Source: a virus
IMG/VR virus record: IMGVR_UViG_3300043673_000021
Location: 1-64,000 of that record
Direction: 5' to 3' (one strand)
Length of the DNA: 64,000 nucleotides
Under the pieces are notes generated by a model, which ran no database searches, was not told where the DNA came from, and was given only the letters and a program-made list of their open reading frames with translations. How positions within the stretch are numbered: the stretch's first letter is position 1; each line of letters begins with the position of its first letter. The position numbers were made by a program, and so were the translations under genes. Shown here piece by piece: positions 9,301-18,468 of the stretch.

Positions 9301-11318
9301 ACGGTCGGAGCTTGCGGCGAGACGCTCGAGACCCGCACCGCGCCCGTGGTTGAACTGCTGGTGAGCGACTTGGCAAACTGGAAGACAAGTCCCGGAGGCG
9401 ACCCCGCAGCGGAAATGGGCGTGTTGTTGTAGACGAAGTTAACGTCAGTAGAGAGGAACGCCGAATACTGCGGGTCCTCGACCACCATCGGCGCGCCACT
9501 GCCGGGTGTCCAGAATCCCGTGTTTACACTAATGTCATTCCCGTAGCAACGCTGATAAGCCGATGCGTAAGAGAAAGCCATGGAACCGCTGGTTGGCCCG
9601 GTGTAAGGTGTCGCCAATGTTGCCGAAGTGGAAGTGTTGAATGTTACGAGATACGCGACGCCATTGAGAGTAATAACGGAGCCAGAAACCCACATCGGGA
9701 ACACCGTTCCGCCGACGTAGTTTACACTCACGCTGCCATTGACAACGGATGCAACCCCGTTAGCTTGAAACAGAGGTCCAAATATAATCGGGGGCAGCAC
9801 TGCATTCGCAGGGTGGTTAATTATATTGCCCTGAGCCTTGCAGTTTCTCCCGGCGTAAAGCCTGATTGCCCCCGCTCCGAAACCGTTGAACTGGTTCCCG
9901 GTAACCGTTACATTAGTCCCCGCGAGTGCGATGATATTCGTGTTCCCGAGATTGAAGCCGTAGGCGACATTAGAACCACCGCTGAACGGCCCGCAACTCG
10001 ATACCTGCGCATGCGGGTCGCTCGAACCCCATGCAGAGGTAGCAATGTTCCCGGCGACCGTAGTGGATGCCATGCCGTCAGCGTCGATCGCCTCACCATT
10101 CAGGCAGTCGAGATTATTGCCGCTGATGTCTCCGTTTATGCACAGGCCCGTGTGGTCAATGGCGACTGCGGGGACCGTACCCCACATCGGAGTACCTACA
10201 GCGCCGTCCGTCAGCGACAGGTATCCACCGCGCGAGAACTTATTGCCCTGAACCTTATAGCCGTTGACGACTCCCATTTCGACGCCGTCGAGCGCGAAGT
10301 CCTGCAAGAAGTTGCCAACGAAGCTGATATTGGAGTTAAGTAGCGAAACCCCGCCGCCATGACCCCAAAAGCAGTGGCCCGACATCCTCAGGAACCGGTT
10401 ATTGCCATCTATGGCAAGATCCGATACCGCGAACGAACTACCGTCACTCTCGTAATGGATGCCCGAAGTCCAGCCGCCGTAGATGAATGACCCGCTGACG
10501 CCGAATGTATGCGGGCGATTGTCGTGGAGATGGCACCCTTCGATGTGGTAGCCAGACATACTGCCAGCCGTGGCGTCCAAGAGAATGGAGTAGCCACCTG
10601 TGTGCTTGATCCTCAGACGTCCGATGTAGCCATTGCTTGATGCGAGGATGGACACCGTGCCGCCGCTTACCCAAGCGCCAGGGTTGCTAGCAAGAGGGAA
10701 GGTGATTGTGGTGCTGGTGATCGAGGCAACCTGCACCAGTGCGACGTTATAGCCTGACGGCGTGACGCCGCCGATCGTGACCGAGGAGCCTACCTGGACT
10801 ACGTGCGCGCCGATCGTTAGCGTAGCGAAACCGGTTGCCCATGAGCCCGCGGAGACCGTGTATGTTGCCCCGCCGCCGCCCTGAATGCGGATGCTGGTGC
10901 CATCGGCAAGACTCGCCTGAATCGGACTGGTAATGCTGGCGTAGTCGATGCCAACAGGTGAGGTGACCCCGCCGTCGATAGAGAAGTTTTCCAGACCCCA
11001 ATCCCTTGCGCCGGCGGCGACGTGGATTCGGCCAAGGCCCGTCGACGGAGTGCCGATATAAGTCACCCCGGATTTAGGTCCATCGCCGACAATAGTCACA
11101 CCCGATGGAACAAAGAGGTGATTGAACGCAAGATTTCGCCCATGCGGGATGTAGATGTACTTCGAGAGGCCGGCGACGGAGTTGAGCGCGTTCTGCGCTT
11201 TGGTCGTGTCGTCGGTAGTGCCATCGCACGCGCAGCCGAAATCGTTATAGAAGTCGACGCGCGTGCCCAGCTTTACCGGGACTGTTCCCGGTGTACCTGA
11301 TGGAAATGGAGATGGCAT
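6396..11318 (-). CDS. Tail spike/fibre with N-terminal pectate-lyase-like right-handed beta-helix (putative depolymerase)
   Basis: 'DFGCACDGTTDDT..Q.A' start motif, many '(I/V)xGN' beta-helix rungs, internal repeats, 1640 aa, follows the tip protein. Confidence 0.8.
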   Translation of the reverse strand: MPSPFPSGTPGTVPVKLGTRVDFYNDFGCACDGTTDDTTKAQNALNSVAGLSKYIYIPHGRNLAFNHLFVPSGVTIVGDGPKSGVTYIGTPSTGLGRIHVAAGARDWGLENFSIDGGVTSPVGIDYASITSPIQASLADGTSIRIQGGGGATYTVSAGSWATGFATLTIGAHVVQVGSSVTIGGVTPSGYNVALVQVASITSTTITFPLASNPGAWVSGGTVSILASSNGYIGRLRIKHTGGYSILLDATAGSMSGYHIEGCHLHDNRPHTFGVSGSFIYGGWTSGIHYESDGSSFAVSDLAIDGNNRFLRMSGHCFWGHGGGVSLLNSNISFVGNFLQDFALDGVEMGVVNGYKVQGNKFSRGGYLSLTDGAVGTPMWGTVPAVAIDHTGLCINGDISGNNLDCLNGEAIDADGMASTTVAGNIATSAWGSSDPHAQVSSCGPFSGGSNVAYGFNLGNTNIIALAGTNVTVTGNQFNGFGAGAIRLYAGRNCKAQGNIINHPANAVLPPIIFGPLFQANGVASVVNGSVSVNYVGGTVFPMWVSGSVITLNGVAYLVTFNTSTSATLATPYTGPTSGSMAFSYASAYQRCYGNDISVNTGFWTPGSGAPMVVEDPQYSAFLSTDVNFVYNNTPISAAGSPPGLVFQFAKSLTSSSTTGAVRVSSVSPQAPTVCEHVLQTEHTLVGGTDASANLYKNVPLGSWVGSFAWQVGQSILDGASHIQTVTEASGNSGGSLPTFNHTGGTTTDGGITWTDRGLQQGTLVAQFTDRTTLIPSLTISGNGAIDNVRNFTGNSVTLYGAVTGGAPQNLIIDNAGNGIFRAVGIATSTPWDLLSNSAVNVIDSQGSPIGTTHGFGVTWRNSATGYMWGVENTNNVTNSNGLIVKVANTNPLTRLLTLNAGGSDLFAVTADGIATAQAYSVGSNGVISNARGFTGTSLVISGATPSLVIDSSANLFGRSVTVGNPSTSWDLLTNSAANILDAQGTPVGTTHGSGITWRNSALGYMWGVENTDNATNANGLLVKVANSNPLTRVLTLNVAGSDLFAVTGDGTTTSVAYSILGSGIIDSSRNFTGHSYSIDGVGVIIDSTGHYLGPISVSPQLTLGSSSYTGGSSKLQPFQSLCAGAFDGVHDQSAVVGLVGPTVTNTQTLEYFFHPSGGPFTVREAGGTFGMITPSSVTSWESDALVAMVVNNAPASSSFVGSVALSGFAVAAVTGAAVWGANLLVRDYINENPSTRVAGTCNGIEMDVNISHHLTTFAGINVNIAWLTDSAFGQPFQQPGNIGWSGTKWIMPNSPYTETPGYANAGVRIAATSGNPGYYDYGINCDDFSALVGIKLGLVPSVVGGGSQFLDFTSTSSTGHPHIARIFSIGSGNPNEGALFFSADTFHNPGGIYFTKQGFISVNGSVGQPSISCAQGFVQSGDGFVSNSLASNAVSLPFGGVAAVSINASSSAFNAIFTNGGVFANTLQLTSFAFNAVAVNGGGEFGGCVFIANPTAPPLLDLGSKVEIHGNSASGSGGNAYYVAINSAGSMTAYSGCDNFNNMAFMGSATAHTFGIRSNNLTRIYVTASGLVGIGGVPISRALEVNGQIQSTGAVFTAGIEATGYNIHGGAPGRTQTFFVATTFGGPNTTALNAIGGIVT
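8100..8850 (-). repeat. Tandem duplicated module (period about 140 aa) within the tail spike
   Basis: 'WDLLSNSAVNVIDSQGSPIGTTHGFGVTWRNSATGYMWGVENT...' versus 'WDLLTNSAANILDAQGTPVGTTHGSGITWRNSALGYMWGVENT...'. Confidence 0.85.
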
Positions 11319-14300
11319 TTAGAATTCGGCTTGGTAGCTGCCGGAACCGCCGCCCGTACCGGGGTCACCAGCGAAATAAAACAGGCGGCATGGAGAGTAG
11401 TCAGGCAGGGAAGTATTGATTCCCGTGTCGTCAGACGAGAGAACTAAGACTGCGTAGAATCCCGGCAAATTTTGAATGCCGACCACGAAGTTGCTGACCG
11501 AACTGGAGCGATAAGCGGAAACATCCGCGGAATTCATCTCCTGCGGATTTCCAAATGATGGGTCTTCTACCCAGAAGTACTTCGGCGTGCCGCGGTTGAA
11601 TGGCGATTGAGTTGTAAAGGTGGTCGCGTCGTGCGTGACGATGAATGAGGTTTGATTTGTGCCATCGGCATAGAAGACGCGAAGCACGTGCCCGTCAAAT
11701 TCATCTGGCGTCATGCTTAGCAGGGAATCGCCGATCGTGCCTCCCGTGTAAACATCCGGCTGCAGGAGAACGACCACGACGTCGCCATTAAGGAACTGAG
11801 GCGAAGGCCCCGCCCAACTGCTAGGCGTCGTAGTCGGTAGTGTCACGGTGATGCTGTTCGTCGTGTTGTCTGTGATCGTGTAGTCTTGGACAGGAACTGG
11901 ATTGGCAACCCCCTGCTGAACCCATGAAAGAACTCGGTTCATAAGGGCGTGGGCAGTGAACGTCGGACCGACCACGGTCACGGTTACGGTGTGCCCGGCA
12001 GACGTCACGCCAGACACCGTCGCATTGAAGGAGCCGGGGAGATTTACAGCCTTCGTGACCCCAACCGCATGGTCAAATACCTTGTCCGGCATGCCATACG
12101 AAAGACCCGTCGGGGTGACTAGAGACTTGAGGGTGATCGTCAGAACGCCACCTGTTACCAACAGATCCGCCACTGTGCCGGTGCCGATTCCAGCCCGGTA
12201 GAGAGACCTCAGATTCTGCTGGGAATTCCCGAAGTAGATGACGAAGGAGTCCGACGCAGCGTCAAAGGATTCACACACAAGCGGTATGGAGTTCGTGTTC
12301 GTGGTGGCGGGTATGTCTACCTCGACGAGGTTCGAGAGGTCCGTAGAGTCGCTGTCCACGTCCCACGCCGCGATGGCAAAAAATAGAGTCTGCCCACCTG
12401 CTATCAAGCCGCCTGTTGTTGACGGCGTCACCGTGGGGTTGAGCACGACGCCGGCAATTAGTTCGCTGAAGCTCGAAGGAGGAAGGACGGGGTCAATCTC
12501 AATTCCAGGATTGACCGAACCGTCCGTGGCTGTAATACTGCTCGGCACAATGTTGACCACGGCCACAGACTGGATCGGGTCGGCGTAGGTCGGAACCACA
12601 TTGCCGCCATTGAGGCCAAACGGTGCCCGACTTGCGTTGCCGGTCACGTAGAACGGGTAGGCAGAGACGTCAGCGAGATCTTCTTCGAGCATGCCAGCCT
12701 TATTAAACGAGGTGAATTTAAACCAAAGGGTTGTGCCGATGTCGCCCGGTTGAAATGGAACCTGTGCCTCCGCGCCCGTGATCGCGGCGAACCGCGCAGC
12801 AGAGAGATGCGGGTTGATCGTTGTCCCATAAACGCCGCGCCGGATGTAGGTCGTCAGGTGATACTGGAAGCCGTTTCCACCACCTGCCAGCGTGGAGGTG
12901 CTGTACGCCATTAACTCCTGGTCAACCGCGATCAGGGAGACGAACAGGTCCGCGTCCGTTTGCGCGTAGTTCGGCAGTTCCGAGAGACTCTCGGTAACAT
13001 CAACAGAAAGCGTGCTAGTGTCAGGGTCTGGATGTGAGCCAAATGCAGCCGACAGGAAGCCGGTCGGCGATGCTCCCAGAACCTGCGTCGCGGGAGTGTA
13101 GGTGGTTCCTCCGTCACGGCTGATCCAGACGTTTGCCCCGCCCCAGTTCGCACCACCGGAGAGCGGGATTAGGATCGTGAACCCGGCGTCTTGGGTCAGT
13201 TCCTTGGGAGCTTCAATGAACAACGGCGGATTCACGCTGCCCGATGCCGAGAAGTATCCGGGCCCGTAGCCGCCGCGCGTCTGCTTGGGGTAGATCGTGG
13301 CCGTAGCTGTTCCCCACGGGAAGTTCTCCGCTGTGATCTCCAGTTCGTAGGTGTCGTCTTCCGCGATGTCCGTGATGCGCAGTGGAGCTTCGGCGAACCC
13401 TTGATACCCACTGGTCAGGGTGACCATGTCCATGGGCTCGAGCAGGATGTAGTACCAAGGCAGCTTGAATTTGTCGGTCTCGCGCTTCCAGAGGGAGTTC
13501 TTTAGCGCGATATTGGCCATCTGCGCAGCAACAGTTTGATCCGTGATGCCAGTAAGCGACTGGACGCCCGGTCGCCGGACACCGAATCGATTAATGGCCC
13601 ACTGCGCCTTTGCGGGCCACGTCTCTGCGTTGTAGGCGTTGAGTCGGTCTTCCCACTGAACCTCAATGAAGTTGTCCGCATCCATCTGCGGTTTGCGGCT
13701 CACTTGAATTGGATCGTCAGCGCCCGCATTACCGGGCTTGGAACTGGTCAGCACGTCGCTGTCGTCCAGGTCGTATACCGGTGATGTTTGCGGGGTAAAT
13801 GTTACGCCATTTCCAACCGCAGTCGTGTCTCCATATGGACGAAACTTTAGAACGGCGTCACTCCATACCGGAGCGCTGTTGGCCAGCGTAAAGAACTCCT
13901 TCAGCCAGTCAGCCGCCTTCTTCTGCGAGTCCATTACCGGGCTGATCAAGATGGAGTTGGCCAAGCACCAGTTGGATGCTTGAGTCTGATCGCCGATAAA
14001 CTGGATGCCAAAGTCAGAGCCTTGCTCGGGGTCAACCAGGACGCCATTGATTACGTTCACGGGGGTGGCCCCGATGATCGGATTGCCATTGACGGTGGTC
14101 TGCTGGCACAGCGGGAAAATCATCTCTACGCTGAGATTGCCGAGCGTGCCGGAGTTCCCCAGATCGAACTGAGTTGCGGCGACATAGGACGTTCCGCTGT
14201 ACCCGAGAGCGTTGGCCGCCGGCAACCCAGACCAAGGGTCCTGCCCGAACGCGCCGTTGTGAAACTCAAGACTTAACGACCCGATCGGCGAGCCAGATAC

Positions 14301-14948
14301 AGCCTGCCCTGGGGTGATGTAGTAGTTGTAAACAACTACTACCTGCTGTCCGATGAGGGATGCGCTTAACGCGATCGACCCGTCAGTATTGACCTTGAAT
14401 TGCCCGGCAGTGGGGCTGCCGCTGGTGATGCGCGCCAATGCGAACGGCTGACTCCCTGTGCGCGTCATGCTGCCGGGTGACCCGTAATCGTTGTGGGTGA
14501 CGCTGTATGGAGTTAGCAGACCAACGCCAAACACGTGCATCAATAAGGCCGCCTGCGTTGGCGTCACAACCCCGCCGCCCGCGCCATCGCTGATAACCGT
14601 GGGGATTTCAGCCGGCGTCGAAGTGGCATATTCTAGTGCGTTCATCCAGACACGGCCAATTCCTTGGCAGGTCTGGACGTTTCCGTTGATATCGACCGTG
14701 TAACCGCTGCAGAGCGCGACAATCAGGTCCGTCCGGTAGTCATAGCTGCTGGCCGATCCCGTCTTATTGGAGGTCTTCGCGCTCTTGCCGCCAGTAGCTC
14801 GTGAGGTGAAGTTCCCGCTCCACAGCAAACGTCCGGAAACCCGATTCATGCCGAAACCGAACGGGACCACCGTTCCATTCAGGGCAGATTGCACCCTGAT
14901 GGAAAGCAGCCGAAGATCATTCCCGGCGTTTGAATTGTTCGAAAGCAT
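11319..14948 (-). CDS. Central tail tip / host-specificity protein (gpJ/GTA megatron-like)
   Basis: 'VPFGFGMNRVSGRLLW', 'LLEPMDMVTL...LRITDIAE' and 'IRRGVYGT' motifs; follows NlpC/P60. Confidence 0.8.
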   Translation of the reverse strand: MLSNNSNAGNDLRLLSIRVQSALNGTVVPFGFGMNRVSGRLLWSGNFTSRATGGKSAKTSNKTGSASSYDYRTDLIVALCSGYTVDINGNVQTCQGIGRVWMNALEYATSTPAEIPTVISDGAGGGVVTPTQAALLMHVFGVGLLTPYSVTHNDYGSPGSMTRTGSQPFALARITSGSPTAGQFKVNTDGSIALSASLIGQQVVVVYNYYITPGQAVSGSPIGSLSLEFHNGAFGQDPWSGLPAANALGYSGTSYVAATQFDLGNSGTLGNLSVEMIFPLCQQTTVNGNPIIGATPVNVINGVLVDPEQGSDFGIQFIGDQTQASNWCLANSILISPVMDSQKKAADWLKEFFTLANSAPVWSDAVLKFRPYGDTTAVGNGVTFTPQTSPVYDLDDSDVLTSSKPGNAGADDPIQVSRKPQMDADNFIEVQWEDRLNAYNAETWPAKAQWAINRFGVRRPGVQSLTGITDQTVAAQMANIALKNSLWKRETDKFKLPWYYILLEPMDMVTLTSGYQGFAEAPLRITDIAEDDTYELEITAENFPWGTATATIYPKQTRGGYGPGYFSASGSVNPPLFIEAPKELTQDAGFTILIPLSGGANWGGANVWISRDGGTTYTPATQVLGASPTGFLSAAFGSHPDPDTSTLSVDVTESLSELPNYAQTDADLFVSLIAVDQELMAYSTSTLAGGGNGFQYHLTTYIRRGVYGTTINPHLSAARFAAITGAEAQVPFQPGDIGTTLWFKFTSFNKAGMLEEDLADVSAYPFYVTGNASRAPFGLNGGNVVPTYADPIQSVAVVNIVPSSITATDGSVNPGIEIDPVLPPSSFSELIAGVVLNPTVTPSTTGGLIAGGQTLFFAIAAWDVDSDSTDLSNLVEVDIPATTNTNSIPLVCESFDAASDSFVIYFGNSQQNLRSLYRAGIGTGTVADLLVTGGVLTITLKSLVTPTGLSYGMPDKVFDHAVGVTKAVNLPGSFNATVSGVTSAGHTVTVTVVGPTFTAHALMNRVLSWVQQGVANPVPVQDYTITDNTTNSITVTLPTTTPSSWAGPSPQFLNGDVVVVLLQPDVYTGGTIGDSLLSMTPDEFDGHVLRVFYADGTNQTSFIVTHDATTFTTQSPFNRGTPKYFWVEDPSFGNPQEMNSADVSAYRSSSVSNFVVGIQNLPGFYAVLVLSSDDTGINTSLPDYSPCRLFYFAGDPGTGGGSGSYQAEF

Positions 14949-15391
14949 CAGGCCCGATACGGGTCGAAGAAGATCGGCGGAAAACTACGAGACTTGCTGA
15001 TCATGCCCTTACTGGCGTCGCCGTAACAGACGCCGTGGGCTTCCGTGCAGTGGATGATGCGCGTTGGCCATTCAACAACGATCGCTCCGTGCCAATACAC
15101 GCGGCCAACGTGAAAGAGTGCGATATCCCCGGGCGCGGGGGATTCAACCAGCGCACATCGCTTCTCGAGTTCCGCGCGGTAGATTTCCTCATTGCGATTC
15201 TTGAAGAACTGCCGGGGGAACGTGAACCGCTGCTTTGGCCATCCGCAGTTTCCGAACACACCCATCACGAAGTTCCCGCAGTCGCACCCGAGTCCCTTCT
15301 CTTGCTGCGAGAACCTGAAAGGCGTCCCGATCCAAGAGACCGCCTCGCGTATCACGTCGGCGCGTCGCGTGGCTTCTTCTGGAATCGACAT
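14948..15391 (-). CDS. NlpC/P60 tail-tip peptidase
   Basis: 'AVSWIGTPF...GCDCGNFV...PGDIALF...HGAI...IIHC'. Confidence 0.9.
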   Translation of the reverse strand: MSIPEEATRRADVIREAVSWIGTPFRFSQQEKGLGCDCGNFVMGVFGNCGWPKQRFTFPRQFFKNRNEEIYRAELEKRCALVESPAPGDIALFHVGRVYWHGAIVVEWPTRIIHCTEAHGVCYGDASKGMISKSRSFPPIFFDPYRA

Positions 15392-15685
15392 CTATTTGCC
15401 CTTGGGCTTGAGGGGTGGCGCGAGCGGCTTAGCTAGAACCGGCTGCTTCTGCTGAACAGGCGGCTCCGGTTGTGATGGGGAAATAAGCGCGGTGACTTCT
15501 GGGATCACGGGGGCGGGCGATGGCGGTGGCGCAACGACTTCCCGTTTGAAATAGGCATCTCCCCTTGGATCGGTAAAGTAGTGCTCCCAGCCATCACGTC
15601 CAAGCTCATCCAGTTGCGCTTGCCGATCAACGCGCCTTGCCTCAATCTCGGTAATTCTGTATTCGAATTTCATTCTAAGTTCCAA
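15392..15685 (-). CDS. DUF4177-like small protein
   Basis: 'FEYRI...LDELGRDGWE...YFKR'. Confidence 0.6.
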   Translation of the reverse strand: MELRMKFEYRITEIEARRVDRQAQLDELGRDGWEHYFTDPRGDAYFKREVVAPPPSPAPVIPEVTALISPSQPEPPVQQKQPVLAKPLAPPLKPKGK

Positions 15686-17168
15686 CGAAGGCTTTCTCTG
15701 GAGTTGGCACCCACGGGTAGCCGCCGAAGTGAATCAGGTTGCTGCCGCCAGCCGGAGGAGAACCGGAGGCGGGGCTTGCAAATTTGTTATCGCAAGTGGT
15801 AGTAGCTAGATCGCACCCGGGAACGGCATAGAAGGTGTCCCCAGTGCCGGGCACTACTGGCAGGGGGATCTCCATGGTGAGTGCGCTGCCAGTGTTCCCT
15901 GCAATCGGGAACCGACGTCCACTTAACGTGCCGCTCGTGAACTGGATATAGCCCATGGCGTAGAATCCGGGGGAATTGGTCACTGGGGCGAAAACGCCAG
16001 TCGTCATCCCGGTCTGCCCTTCGACAAAGGCCGTCCCAATGGGAATCGGGGATGTGTTCTGACGCATGAGCGCGCCAGTATCGACGGCCACGTACAGATT
16101 CCACCCGAGAGCGCCAGAAGCAGACGGCGGCGAGTTCACGGTGAGCACCCAGTTCGGATGGCCACTTGCGATCGCCTCAGCCTGTGGCCCAGACGGGGTT
16201 TCGCCGAGCGCGTACATGTACGTCTGCCTAATAAAGTAGGTCGCTTCCGGAATGTTCACGTTCACGCCAGAAGTGTTGAACGAGAAAGTTGGCGTGTTGG
16301 TTGGCGCAGCGATGACTGCTGGCGGTGTCAGGTTGGTATTGACCACGAAGGCCGTTGAGCCGGACTGAACCGCGCCCGTGTAGTGGTAATTCGCCTCAAT
16401 AAGTCCACACCCGGCGTCAAATAGGGTATGGCTACACGAGGGGCCGATGATCTTCTGGGGCACCACATTGTCCAGTTTTATCAGCCCACTCTTCACGGTC
16501 ACTTTGCAAGTGACCCGATTAATTGTCGTGTCGAACCAATAGCCAGCAAATATCGTTACGGTACCGATCGGGAAGATCGCATTGACTGTCGCGCCGGACC
16601 TCCCGCCGGGAGAGATAGTGCAGTGCGTTGAGTCGGCAAAGGCGGTGATGGTGACAAGGCGTCCATCAACAATGGCGGTCGACCCCACGATGGGATGAGT
16701 ACCCGAGGCGACGGGCCACTCTTCGACGGCGAACGGCGGCCCGCTGGCCAAGGTGACGCCGTTACCGTTCGAATTGAGGGTTACCGTGCACGGTGCCATC
16801 ATGAAGCGCTCGGCTAACACCCAAGCCTGATCCATGTCGCCACGGCGCACGGCGGCGAGAAAGGGCGAGCCGTTGAGCATCATTGACGGCGTTGCCGCGA
16901 GCATGAGTTCGAGGGTATCGACATCCAACCGGTTCGAGCAGCGCCAGTTCTGCCGCTGAGCGAACGGTGTGTTCTGCGTCGAGATGATTCCGCCCGCGCT
17001 GAAAAGTGCGCCACGCCAAGAAATGTTCTGGTCGAGCGAGGTAATTGTGATCGCGCTACCAAATACTGGCGTTAGCGTGAACAAGTCACACAGTACAGCG
17101 TTCGGCTGGTACGTTCCGGCGATGACGCCGTTCGTGTAACTAACAACGCTTGGAGCCGCGTTTCTCAT
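15675..17168 (-). CDS. Baseplate hub protein (DUF2163 / BR0599 family)
   Basis: 'CSHTLFDAGCG...PGCD...TC..KF...N..HFGGYPWVP' Cys pattern. Confidence 0.85.
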   Translation of the reverse strand: MRNAAPSVVSYTNGVIAGTYQPNAVLCDLFTLTPVFGSAITITSLDQNISWRGALFSAGGIISTQNTPFAQRQNWRCSNRLDVDTLELMLAATPSMMLNGSPFLAAVRRGDMDQAWVLAERFMMAPCTVTLNSNGNGVTLASGPPFAVEEWPVASGTHPIVGSTAIVDGRLVTITAFADSTHCTISPGGRSGATVNAIFPIGTVTIFAGYWFDTTINRVTCKVTVKSGLIKLDNVVPQKIIGPSCSHTLFDAGCGLIEANYHYTGAVQSGSTAFVVNTNLTPPAVIAAPTNTPTFSFNTSGVNVNIPEATYFIRQTYMYALGETPSGPQAEAIASGHPNWVLTVNSPPSASGALGWNLYVAVDTGALMRQNTSPIPIGTAFVEGQTGMTTGVFAPVTNSPGFYAMGYIQFTSGTLSGRRFPIAGNTGSALTMEIPLPVVPGTGDTFYAVPGCDLATTTCDNKFASPASGSPPAGGSNLIHFGGYPWVPTPEKAFVGT

Positions 17169-17827
17169 TGGAGGATTGAAACAATTACGAGCGGGCTATT
17201 GGTTGCCCACACCGTCGACCACTGCTCGACGAACTCCTGAACATCTGTGTCAAAACGAGTTTTCCAAAAAAAGCTGAACGTTGCCGTGATGGCAACGCCA
17301 AGGCCGGGGGCAGATGTGAACGTGAGTATTCCAGTGTCCGCGTTCATTGTCCACGCACCGCCTGACTGCAAAACTCCGTTCAGGAATACCTGCGGCTGGA
17401 CCCATCCGAAATTGGGGGTGACCAATCCCAGATTGTTGAGAATGTATACCGGTTCCGTAACCGTGCCGAGCGTCCGCACAAGCTGGAAAGTTGTCTTGCT
17501 GCCGTCACCATTGGCGATGAACTGCGCGGTAACCGTATAGTCAGGCGTGAAGAGGTCCGCAAACGCGAACGGTGCCCATGCGCCAGAAAGAGAACTTGCA
17601 AAACTCATCAGGTCCTGAAGCTCGAGGTTCCGCGGGCTACTTCCCTGGACATCATTGCGAAGCGCTTCAAATTCCAAGGGCCACGCATATCTCGGGTATA
17701 GCCAGTTGGCCACGCGCGCCTCGTTGCCGTTGACCATCGCCTGAATGACGGTGCTGGACATGCGGCGGCGAACCGTTGCGATTTTCAGACCCGGGAAGGA
17801 AGAGCCGGGGAAGATTGGTAGGGACAT
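17165..17827 (-). CDS. Distal tail protein (DUF2460 family)
   Basis: 'GNEARVANW', 'GDGSKTTFQLVR', 'GILTFTSAP.G..ITATF.F...RFD'. Confidence 0.85.
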   Translation of the reverse strand: MSLPIFPGSSFPGLKIATVRRRMSSTVIQAMVNGNEARVANWLYPRYAWPLEFEALRNDVQGSSPRNLELQDLMSFASSLSGAWAPFAFADLFTPDYTVTAQFIANGDGSKTTFQLVRTLGTVTEPVYILNNLGLVTPNFGWVQPQVFLNGVLQSGGAWTMNADTGILTFTSAPGLGVAITATFSFFWKTRFDTDVQEFVEQWSTVWATNSPLVIVSILQ

Positions 17828-18463
17828 CTATTGTGCGGCTCTCGCCTTGTACAGACCAGCGAATAGCATCTCCTCTGGCACACCAACCTGAAGTCGGGTA
17901 AATACCGTCCTTGACTTAAGCCCGTGCTCTTCGCAAAGTTCGCGCAATAGACGCCTCTCGCCGTGATAGTTAATCCACGTGCAGGTTCGCATATTTCTGT
18001 TCTGTTGTTTTCTTTCGGCCCAACGAACGTTACCGGGTTCGTAGTTGCCGTCGTTGTTCGGATAACGGTCGAGTGAGTGGCTGGGCGATGGTCGCCTTCC
18101 GACATACGACAGAAATTCCGAGAAGTCAGATCGCCACGCCGGGAAGACTTCAATACCTCTACCGCCGTAATTTTTCCATTCCTTGCGACTGGGCTTGGAA
18201 CATCGATCGAGCATATTTCGCCATGCTTGGTATTCTGCGGTGCGCCGTGATTCACCATGGGACGTCATTCTCTTTCTGACGTTTTCCAGAGATAGACAAC
18301 CGCAAGATTTTGTTTTCCCTTTTCGCAGTGAGTTAAGGTTTACGTCGGTTATCTTCCCGCAATCACACTTGCAATTAAATCTTCGATGTGTCCCGGAAGT
18401 TGGGGGAACCTCACGTATAATCGATAGTCTTCCGTATCGATCGTCGGGTTGTATAATTAGCAT
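17828..18463 (-). CDS. Free-standing HNH homing-type endonuclease
   Basis: 'CKCDCG...KSCGCL...YGGRGI...SLDRYPNNDGNYEPGNVRWA'. Confidence 0.85.
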   Translation of the reverse strand: MLIIQPDDRYGRLSIIREVPPTSGTHRRFNCKCDCGKITDVNLNSLRKGKTKSCGCLSLENVRKRMTSHGESRRTAEYQAWRNMLDRCSKPSRKEWKNYGGRGIEVFPAWRSDFSEFLSYVGRRPSPSHSLDRYPNNDGNYEPGNVRWAERKQQNRNMRTCTWINYHGERRLLRELCEEHGLKSRTVFTRLQVGVPEEMLFAGLYKARAAQ

Positions 18464-18468
18464 CTAAC

